From a virus, in IMG/VR virus record IMGVR_UViG_3300002039_000002, positions 1 to 35,131 of that record: 35,131 nucleotides of DNA. The stretch is one strand, 5' to 3'. Shown in pieces: positions 7,224 to 13,661 of this stretch. The notes beneath the pieces are model-generated. The model was not told where the DNA came from. It searched no databases and saw nothing but the letters and a program-made list of their open reading frames with translations. Every line of letters begins with the position of its first letter. Within the stretch, counting starts at the first letter, position 1. The translations under genes were made by a program, and so were the position numbers.

Positions 7224-9857
7224 TTGAAACATTTTGCTACTATTCTATCGGCGAACACGCTTTTTTATAAGCAATGGCGTGACGATGGGACTTTGTCTGG
7301 TTATCCTCAGATCAAAAATTTTCAATGTCACACGGCTACTATGGATGGGCGTGAGGATTTTTTTGATCTTCTTGACCGGTTGGAACGTGAACCCAATCGT
7401 ATACTTGTGCGCGGCCATTGCGATTTACCAGATGGTGAATTCACGGAACGTAATAACCTAACAATTAAAGACGTTCCTAAACAGTGGATATGGTTAGATC
7501 TTGATAAAGTCGATTTCCCAGAACAGGGAATGACTAAGAACGGCGCTTTGGAAGTTTTGCATGATCATGAATTAGATGGTTACGATTGTCATTTTTCTTG
7601 GTCAAGCTCGACTGGTCATCCGACAAGAGGTTATACCGTATCCGCTCACGTAGGAATGTGGTTAGATCAACCAAGAACTTGCGAAGAGTTAAGAAGATGG
7701 GCAAAAGTTAACAAGTTTGACCTTTCGCCATTCAAACAAGCACAGGTTCTTTACACATCAGCGCCAGACAAAAAGCCGTATGGCATGGACGCGAGATCTT
7801 ATAGGTTTCGCGGCGAACCTTTTATTGAGCTAGAAATACCTGAATACGAAGCAGAAGTTTTTACACCAACACATGATTATGATCCTGTCGACCATCTCAT
7901 GATGATAAGTGAGGATGACGCCGATAGAAGGTTGCATTATCTGCGAGCGGCTAGAAAGGCTGCACTTTCTGGAATGGGCGTTGAAGGTTTTTATGACCTA
8001 GTCAGGAATACCCTAGATCCAGATCTTTGGGCACGTCATGACCATTGGCAGAATAAGGCCAAGGTTTTTGCTGATATGAAGGGCGGACTTTCGAGAAGGA
8101 CCACGCTGAGGCCACGTTCACTTTCTGATATTGAGATTGAACGCCAGTCTATGGTTGACGCAATGAAGGAGTTTTCAAGAAAAGCTAAAGCTGTAAAGCA
8201 AATGAAAGCCACAAAAGACGCAAAGAAGAAGATGAAAATTCAATCTGAGGCTGCATTACTAGAAACTAACTTCGTTTATATGATGAAGGTAACAACAGGA
8301 TTAGGTAAAACCAGCAATATGATGAAGGTTGGCGATGATTATCATTGGTCAGCACCAAGAATTTCTTTGATGGAAGATATGGGTGCGCCGTCAGAAAGAA
8401 TATTTCGCGGCAGATTGCAGCCCGACCCGCAAAATCCAGGTCAAACGATGTGCAGGAAGCCTAGTCAGGTAAGAGAAATTGCATCTCTTGAAACATCAAT
8501 TCGACACAATCTTTGCGCATCCTGCGAGTTTCGCGAAGAGTGCCGTTACCTCGATCAATTCGACATGGAAGGTTCTATATACGCAGCACACAACTTTTTG
8601 TCATTAACGCCACCATGGCATCACAAACACACAATGCGGGTCATAGATGAAAATCCAATTGGATCTTTCCTGCAACACACGCACGTAAATTTTAGAAACG
8701 CAAATCCAACGGATGTAACGAAGAGCATCAATCATTATGGTGACGTGGACGAAGGATTGCAGATAATTAAGAGATACGCCGATAAAGAGCCCGTCATTAT
8801 CGATAGAAAGCTGTTTCGTCTTCTTGGTACAGTTGCCAGAATGTGGCCAGGGTTCAAGAATGCGAGAACGTGGGCAAGGCTTTTCGATATCCTGGCGGAT
8901 GGTGGCGACATGTCGGATCTGACTTGGTATCAAGACGCCGTCACGATCGACTATGTAAAACCATTTAAGGATAAAATACCAACTATTTATCTTGATGCGA
9001 CCTTGCCAAGTGATGCTTTGCTTTCTGCTATGTTTCCAAAACAGCAAAAGATTAAAAAGCAATTTACAGCAAAAGAAAAAATAAAGATTGATCTAATTGG
9101 ATTATCTGGAAACACCAAACAGATGATGGACAACCCGCAGTTCTGGGAGAAGTATGTTGTTCCATGGATCGATGATAGTAAGCCTTGCCTTGTTGTTTCA
9201 ACTAAAGAAGTCGAAGAGTATATCAAAGAGACTTTTCAACTTCCTGATTGTGTTGCATGGGAGCACTACGGTAATTTATCTGGGCTTGATTGCTATGGCG
9301 ACTTTGAACAGATGGTGATTTATGGAAAACAGGCACCGTCAATCAACTTATTTCGTGGGCAAGCACGAGCGATCGAAAGGGAATGTGGTGGTTCGTTAGA
9401 GGATTATCAAGAAGGGTTGCGTTACCTGTCGTCGGAAGCTCAGATTGAACAGGCCATAGGTCGCCTGCGAGCCGTCAACAAGGCCAAGGATGCGCGTGTG
9501 CTGTCATTGACTACCCTTCCGGCAGAGATGGGCTATGACGTGAGCTCAGTGACGATCGTAGAGGATATAAGGGACACGTCAGTTAACAGGCTTTGGGCTC
9601 TATTCGGACATGTAGAAGAACAAAAATCAAAAGTATTTTATATGTCTCCTAAGCTCGCATTTAAATTCCACGATGCTGGGAAATTTTTTAGAAATGAAAG
9701 AGATTTCAAGAATGCTATAGATAGATATTTTCCAGATGAATTTAAATCAGAAATCATAATTGTTAAATGGAAAAGAACAAGAATTAGGGTTTGTGTTCTT
9801 GATGACGGCTTTGACGTTCAGCTTTCTGATCAAATAAATGGGGAAATCGAATGGTGA
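7224..9857 (+). CDS. Putative primase-helicase: AEP-like primase N-domain fused to a P-loop SF2-like helicase with a 4-Cys cluster
   Basis: 877-codon ORF. Motifs: WIWLDLD (AEP DxD), YTVSAHV (sxH), KFDLSPF, then TTGLGKTS (Walker A), C410/C431-x2-C434-x5-C440, VIDENP (Walker B), YLDATL, and QAIGRLRAV (motif VI-like). The start may be TTG 7224 or ATG 7341. Confidence 0.6.
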   Translation: MKHFATILSANTLFYKQWRDDGTLSGYPQIKNFQCHTATMDGREDFFDLLDRLEREPNRILVRGHCDLPDGEFTERNNLTIKDVPKQWIWLDLDKVDFPEQGMTKNGALEVLHDHELDGYDCHFSWSSSTGHPTRGYTVSAHVGMWLDQPRTCEELRRWAKVNKFDLSPFKQAQVLYTSAPDKKPYGMDARSYRFRGEPFIELEIPEYEAEVFTPTHDYDPVDHLMMISEDDADRRLHYLRAARKAALSGMGVEGFYDLVRNTLDPDLWARHDHWQNKAKVFADMKGGLSRRTTLRPRSLSDIEIERQSMVDAMKEFSRKAKAVKQMKATKDAKKKMKIQSEAALLETNFVYMMKVTTGLGKTSNMMKVGDDYHWSAPRISLMEDMGAPSERIFRGRLQPDPQNPGQTMCRKPSQVREIASLETSIRHNLCASCEFREECRYLDQFDMEGSIYAAHNFLSLTPPWHHKHTMRVIDENPIGSFLQHTHVNFRNANPTDVTKSINHYGDVDEGLQIIKRYADKEPVIIDRKLFRLLGTVARMWPGFKNARTWARLFDILADGGDMSDLTWYQDAVTIDYVKPFKDKIPTIYLDATLPSDALLSAMFPKQQKIKKQFTAKEKIKIDLIGLSGNTKQMMDNPQFWEKYVVPWIDDSKPCLVVSTKEVEEYIKETFQLPDCVAWEHYGNLSGLDCYGDFEQMVIYGKQAPSINLFRGQARAIERECGGSLEDYQEGLRYLSSEAQIEQAIGRLRAVNKAKDARVLSLTTLPAEMGYDVSSVTIVEDIRDTSVNRLWALFGHVEEQKSKVFYMSPKLAFKFHDAGKFFRNERDFKNAIDRYFPDEFKSEIIIVKWKRTRIRVCVLDDGFDVQLSDQINGEIEW

Positions 9858-10045
9858 TGGGAATACAAAAAAGATATAGAATTGTCGTTGATGCTCACAA
9901 AGATGGAAAGATAATTTTCACATTGGATGAAAAATTTATAGGCGATAATGCTCATGATGCTGCAAAAGAAGCTTGTGAACATGCAAGAGTTGATTTGAAA
10001 TTAATGAAAATAGAAGGATATTCGTTGACTTACTCGATTGGGTGA
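9851..10045 (+). CDS. Hypothetical protein
   Basis: 64-codon ORF whose ATG overlaps the stop of the primase-helicase. Confidence 0.6.
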   Translation: MVMGIQKRYRIVVDAHKDGKIIFTLDEKFIGDNAHDAAKEACEHARVDLKLMKIEGYSLTYSIG

Positions 10046-10069
10046 AAAGTGAATGAAATCAATGACTTC

Positions 10070-10158
10070 GACGCGGCTCACTCCCTTAAGAATAGAAAGA
10101 AGGAGAAGTGTAATGTTATAATATAACACTGTAATCTATTAAGGGAGTGAGCCGCGTC
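10070..10158. promoter_or_regulatory. 89-nt palindromic element (20-bp perfect inverted repeat, 49-nt spacer)
   Basis: gacgcggctcactcccttaa (10070-10089) is the exact reverse complement of 10139-10158. The spacer holds the inner palindrome gttata-a-tataac, AAGGAG-N7-ATG TTA TAA, and TGtTATAAT. Confidence 0.8.
10114..10122 (+). promoter_or_regulatory. Extended -10 promoter element inside the palindrome loop
   Basis: TGtTATAAT at 10114-10122 is a perfect TGnTATAAT consensus. The mirror strand reads TGtTATATT. Confidence 0.35.
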
Positions 10159-10254
10159 AAAACTCGCAGAATTCCGCCAGTTATGATATAGCATCCGTGA
10201 CAACTGCCGCAGTGTCCGAATGGAAAGGTTGGATTTTATGGGATATATAAGGAC

Positions 10255-10286
10255 AAAAAGAAAGGGGCCTAAGCCCCTCCTTTTTC
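10255..10286. terminator. Bidirectional rho-independent terminator
   Basis: aggggc-ctaa-gcccct hairpin (10263-10278), with ccTTTTT on the plus strand and TTTCTTTTT directly adjacent on the minus strand. Confidence 0.65.
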
Positions 10287-10299
10287 AAAGCTCCTTCCT

Positions 10300-10425
10300 T
10301 CACATCCGTTTAGCAATCCAATCCTCTGCTTTGCTGATCTTATCAAAGATCTTTAGTGTTTTTGAATGGCTGCAAACTGCAAATCCGTTATTTCTTGTTT
10401 CGATCGTCCACCCGTTTGCGCTCAT
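10300..10425 (-). CDS. Small hypothetical protein (41 aa) in an autonomous minus-strand cassette
   Basis: MSANGWTIETRNNGFAVCSHSKTLKIFDKISKAEDWIAKRM. A promoter lies upstream at 10478-10505 and a terminator immediately downstream. Not in the ORF track because it is under 60 aa. Confidence 0.35.
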   Translation of the reverse strand: MSANGWTIETRNNGFAVCSHSKTLKIFDKISKAEDWIAKRM

Positions 10426-10477
10426 GATGATCACTTTGTTTCTCTTTCCTGTTGAGTTTTTCCGATTTCTTAAAAAG

Positions 10478-10505
10478 ATAATATCACAGAAATAGGAAAT
10501 TGCAA
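10478..10505 (-). promoter_or_regulatory. Strong sigma70-like promoter on the minus strand
   Basis: On the minus strand TTGCAA (10505-10500), a 16-nt spacer ending in TGa, then TATTAT (10483-10478). This gives 5/6 and 5/6 matches plus an extended -10 TG. Confidence 0.45.
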
Positions 10506-10524
10506 TAGGTACGTTTTCCTATTT
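10490..10524. repeat. 10-bp inverted repeat overlapping the -35 box
   Basis: aaataggaaa (10490-10499) and tttcctattt (10515-10524) with a 15-nt loop, followed by tt. Lies 22 nt upstream of the 10547 gene. Confidence 0.6.
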
Positions 10525-10546
10525 TTCAAAATGGAGAAATGATAGA

Positions 10547-11053
10547 ATGGGATATGTGAAAGGCGACACTGATTGCCGAGGGTTCTTCATCGTTCGTCAA
10601 GGTCCGCCTGAGCGCCCAAAGCCGGATGTTGATGAGATAGAACGATGTTGGAATCATTTCGGTATGTCAGATCAGAAGCGTGCGCTATGGGGTCTTATAA
10701 GATCGTCAGGCAACGACGATGGCGTTTGGGTTACCTACCTAGCCTACGGAATGACTTTACCTCTGAGCTTCGTCCCAGGGACTTTCACGCAGGCTTGGGC
10801 AATGATGCAATTGCGCTCATTGAATTGGATGGATATAGCCGAGGCTTTGGGCTGGGATCATGATTGGAAATTGCTGCATTCCAGATCGATTATCAATGAT
10901 TGGAAAACATTGCGCGTCGTCTCGTGGATTTGTCATTGTCAAGATGTGAGTGACGAGATACCAATGTTCGATTGGTATTCGTTTGAGCCTGACAAGGCTT
11001 GTCAGATCGCTAAAAATCGCTTTGGAGGCTGGGTTGACGATGCTCGAGTGTGA
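10547..11053 (+). CDS. Hypothetical protein (Trp-rich)
   Basis: 168-codon ORF with GGAGAAA SD-like sequence upstream. Confidence 0.7.
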   Translation: MGYVKGDTDCRGFFIVRQGPPERPKPDVDEIERCWNHFGMSDQKRALWGLIRSSGNDDGVWVTYLAYGMTLPLSFVPGTFTQAWAMMQLRSLNWMDIAEALGWDHDWKLLHSRSIINDWKTLRVVSWICHCQDVSDEIPMFDWYSFEPDKACQIAKNRFGGWVDDARV

Positions 11054-11234
11054 CCAAACGGAATGGCGATATCTTAAATTAGCGGCGGATAATTTACGCG
11101 TGGGGGATGAGCGTTATCGTCAGGCATTTAAGGAAATGTCCACCCGTGTTTTGTATGTCAATCCAAGAAAGACGTGGGTAGTTCTTAAGATTGAACGTAG
11201 CTCGATGAGGCCTGTTGAGGTGACCGAGGAATGA
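11040..11234 (+). CDS. Hypothetical protein
   Basis: ATG at 11040 preceded by GGAGG, overlapping the previous stop. Product begins MLECDQTEWRYLKLAADNLRVGDERYRQAF... Confidence 0.55.
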   Translation: MLECDQTEWRYLKLAADNLRVGDERYRQAFKEMSTRVLYVNPRKTWVVLKIERSSMRPVEVTEE

Positions 11235-11407
11235 ACCATCCAATGGTTAAGGCTATGATCGAAGCTTATAGCGAAGGCGGTCTGTCTATCGGGGATCTAG
11301 CCGAAGCCTTGCCGTTTTCCTATGGTTCGATCTGGCATATGCTAGTTAAAGCCGGGGTTCATGAGCCGAAGCCGCATCAACCATGTTTTCTAGATAGACG
11401 TAAATAA
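11231..11407 (+). CDS. Small helix-turn-helix protein (58 aa)
   Basis: The ATGA junction overlaps the previous stop. SEGGLSIGDLAEALPFSYGSIWHMLVKAGV is an HTH-like segment. Not in the track because it is under 60 aa. Confidence 0.55.
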   Translation: MNHPMVKAMIEAYSEGGLSIGDLAEALPFSYGSIWHMLVKAGVHEPKPHQPCFLDRRK

Positions 11408-11442
11408 TTATTTATGATAGGAATTTATGGGAGGAGATCCGC

Positions 11443-11808
11443 ATGCTTCCTAATCGATATACAGAAACTGTTGATGGTTGTTGGGAGTGGACGGGCGGAA
11501 AGAATGTTTCGGGTCATGGCGTGTTTATGGTCAAGGGGAAACGGATCTACGCGCACCGAGCCGCGTGGGAGAGCGTCAACGGGCCAATACCAGGCAATGC
11601 GCATATACATCACAAATGCCGCAACCCATCATGCGTCAAGCCTGATCATCTAGAATGCTTGACGCATAAGGATCATATGGGCGAGCACGCTAATCCTGAA
11701 AGAGATCCTCCGGATGGATGCCGCCGTGGGCATGCTGGATTTTATGTAAAGAATTCGCAAGGAAGATTTATATGTACTGAATGCCGGCGAGAAAATCAAG
11801 AACGTTAA
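11443..11808 (+). CDS. HNH endonuclease
   Basis: CWEWTGGKNVSGHGVF...AHRAAWESVNGPIPGNAHIHHKCRNPSCVKPDHLECLTHKDH is a classic phage HNH pattern. GGGAGGAG SD upstream. Confidence 0.85.
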   Translation: MLPNRYTETVDGCWEWTGGKNVSGHGVFMVKGKRIYAHRAAWESVNGPIPGNAHIHHKCRNPSCVKPDHLECLTHKDHMGEHANPERDPPDGCRRGHAGFYVKNSQGRFICTECRRENQER

Positions 11809-11845
11809 ATGTATGTTATCGAACTTTGAAATCTGGACAAAAAAA

Positions 11846-11872
11846 GAGCGCTGGTTTTGCAGTCCAGCGCCC
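11846..11872 (-). terminator. Hairpin with a T-run only on the minus strand (orphan terminator-like element)
   Basis: gcgctgg (11848-11854) pairs with ccagcgc (11864-11870). It is preceded by A7 on the plus strand, which is T7 after the hairpin on the minus strand. No minus-strand gene lies to its right. Confidence 0.3.
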
Positions 11873-11970
11873 TAATCGATGGCAGGAGAGGAGAACAAAG
11901 CTAAGTTTTGCATAACTGATTGTGAATGTCAATTGTTACTGTTATAGTCCTAAGTGAAAGGGGATGATTA

Positions 11971-12081
11971 ATGGAAAGTTTCTTATGGCTTTTACTAGGG
12001 TATGTCATTGGTTCGGGTTGGCTTCCTGGTGTAAAACAAATGACAGCAGCGCAAATTAAAAATTGGTGGGGAAGACTCTAA
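11971..12081 (+). CDS. Small membrane peptide (36 aa)
   Basis: MESFLWLLLGYVIGSGWLPGVKQMTAAQIKNWWGRL. AAAGGGGA SD lies 7 nt upstream, and the stop overlaps the next ATG. Confidence 0.4.
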   Translation: MESFLWLLLGYVIGSGWLPGVKQMTAAQIKNWWGRL

Positions 12082-12281
12082 TGGATCTCGTTTGCTTCTA
12101 CATAGGAATGTCGCTCTGGCTTCAGGTGCCTGGCGTGGGTAATTTAAATATGGATCATGCCGACAAGATCAAAGAGACGGAAAGGGGCTTGGTTGTTTGC
12201 ACGCCTAACAATTTTTGCTTTCCAATCCCAGGCGCAACGATCGATGACCTGGCGAATTGTGGCAAGGGGAAGGCTGCATGA
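12081..12281 (+). CDS. Hypothetical protein
   Basis: ORF in the track (12063..12281). The ATG at 12081 overlaps the preceding TAA. Confidence 0.45.
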   Translation: MDLVCFYIGMSLWLQVPGVGNLNMDHADKIKETERGLVVCTPNNFCFPIPGATIDDLANCGKGKAA

Positions 12282-12613
12282 TAGAGGAAATGCCGACAAA
12301 ACTTGAAATCGGATATAAGTCTGTTGATGTGATTAAGCAGGCAAATTCATCTGGCGCTCTTGGCTTGGCAAATGATATCGCAGGCAAGATCGTTGTTAAA
12401 ACGAGTGATCATCACGGCGTTGAGATCTCAGAAATTGAACAGGCGGACACCTTAGTTCATGAAATCCTTCATATCATCTGGCGTCAACGTGATGTCGATC
12501 CAGATGAAGATATCGAAGAGCGTGCGGTTAGCCAACTTGCGCATGGCTTGATTGAGCTGTTCCGCAGAAACCCGCAGGCGCTGAAATATCTTGAGAGGGC
12601 TTGCGCGAGCTAA
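12278..12613 (+). CDS. HExxH zinc-metallopeptidase-like protein (ImmA/IrrE- or SprT-like size)
   Basis: ADTLVHEILHIIW contains HExxH. The ATGA junction overlaps the previous stop. Confidence 0.6.
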   Translation: MIEEMPTKLEIGYKSVDVIKQANSSGALGLANDIAGKIVVKTSDHHGVEISEIEQADTLVHEILHIIWRQRDVDPDEDIEERAVSQLAHGLIELFRRNPQALKYLERACAS

Positions 12614-12617
12614 GGCT

Positions 12618-12884
12618 ATGCAGATAGAGAAAACATTAAATGATGTCCTTTTTAAGGGTGACGCATTAGGTGACACGCTGTTTTATCAGATTGTTAAAAA
12701 TCTTGGTAACAAAGCTGCAGGCGGAGACCCCAAGGCCGCAGAGCTAATTCGCAAATTCATGGAAATGGTCCACGTCCAAAAGAAAGATCCGAACGCGAGC
12801 AAACCTGCGGCAACTTTTGTTATGCAATTATCTCCTGGACAAGAACCGCCAAAGATGATAGAGGCAACGAACGAAAATTCATGA
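12618..12884 (+). CDS. Hypothetical protein (weak resemblance to small-terminase C-terminal helices)
   Basis: ORF in the track (12591..12884), with the first ATG at 12618. KAAGGDPKAAELIRKFMEM segment. Confidence 0.55.
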   Translation: MQIEKTLNDVLFKGDALGDTLFYQIVKNLGNKAAGGDPKAAELIRKFMEMVHVQKKDPNASKPAATFVMQLSPGQEPPKMIEATNENS

Positions 12885-12897
12885 AGGAGAATGAGGA

Positions 12898-13194
12898 ATG
12901 TTTTTGTCTAATGTTGAGATCGAAGTTATTAAGTTTCTTCAAAAACAAGGCAGCGTAAAGTTCGGATCAAAGAAACTTGCAGAATCATCAGACTATCCTC
13001 GGAGATATTTCGAGCAAGCGCTACAAAAGATGGTCTATCATGGAGTTTTGACGTCGAAAACTGGACCGAGAGGCGGGTACAAGCTAAATCAGGGAAAGTC
13101 GGCAAATGACGTTATAATGGCAATTCGAGAGAAGGGGGTTGAAAGCGAAATTGATTACCTATTGATGTGTGTTCTGAAAGAGATAAAGCTATGA
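12898..13194 (+). CDS. Rrf2/BadM-like winged-helix transcriptional regulator (short, no Fe-S cysteines)
   Basis: SKKLAESSDYPRRYFEQALQKMVYHGVLTSKTGPRGGYKLNQGKSANDVIMAI matches the Rrf2 wHTH signature (..G.GGY.L). AAGGAGAATGAGGA SD upstream. Confidence 0.65.
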   Translation: MFLSNVEIEVIKFLQKQGSVKFGSKKLAESSDYPRRYFEQALQKMVYHGVLTSKTGPRGGYKLNQGKSANDVIMAIREKGVESEIDYLLMCVLKEIKL

Positions 13195-13634
13195 AAGCGA
13201 TCGAGATGGACAGCGAGCCAATCGAATGGCAGTGGGTAGATAGGAATTTCTATATGAAGGTTGATGATTCTAATCAGCCACGAGACGCCACAATGAATGA
13301 GGCGATGCGCTCAGGAAGAATTTCTCAGTTGTCCGCGCATCTTGCGGGCGAGTTTATGAAGATTGATACTGCAAATTTTGAGCAAAAGGCTGAAGACGAA
13401 ATTCATGAAGCCGAAGCGCTTTTGTGGGATTTGCATTCTCGAAGTCTGGCTATCGCCAACTCAATCAATGAAGAATGCGATCTTTGCGGTTACCGTGACG
13501 GTGATCAGACGGTGCAGTGCGCTTCTGATAGTTTGGCGTGGCTCGTCTCCGCATGGAGTTATAGAGAGGAAAAAGACGCCAGCACCGCTATAGCCGCTCA
13601 GAATGTTCTTATGCGTCACCTTGCAATCCTGTAA
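13191..13634 (+). CDS. Hypothetical protein
   Basis: ORF in the track (13167..13634). The ATG at 13191 forms an ATGA overlap with the previous stop. Confidence 0.65.
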   Translation: MKAIEMDSEPIEWQWVDRNFYMKVDDSNQPRDATMNEAMRSGRISQLSAHLAGEFMKIDTANFEQKAEDEIHEAEALLWDLHSRSLAIANSINEECDLCGYRDGDQTVQCASDSLAWLVSAWSYREEKDASTAIAAQNVLMRHLAIL

Positions 13635-13661
13635 GGCGTTATCAACTGGAGTAGCGAACTA

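Noticed and set aside
10070-10158. MITE or IS-like miniature transposon (20-bp terminal inverted repeats)
   Set aside because: There is no target-site duplication at the flanks (acttc versus aaaac), no second copy in the genome and no transposase. It is better explained as a hairpin or operator element.
10220-10495. 91-codon plus-strand ORF listed as an ordinary CDS
   Set aside because: It is not accepted as a confident gene because a canonical intrinsic terminator hairpin (10263-10285) lies 25 nt into it. A promoter, ORF and terminator unit also occupies the opposite strand. It is kept as an alternative hypothesis in the findings.
11414-11653. 79-codon ORF overlapping the HNH endonuclease gene in another frame
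   Set aside because: The HNH frame carries the full recognisable motif set and a strong SD. The overlapping frame has no features and an Arg-rich shadow composition.
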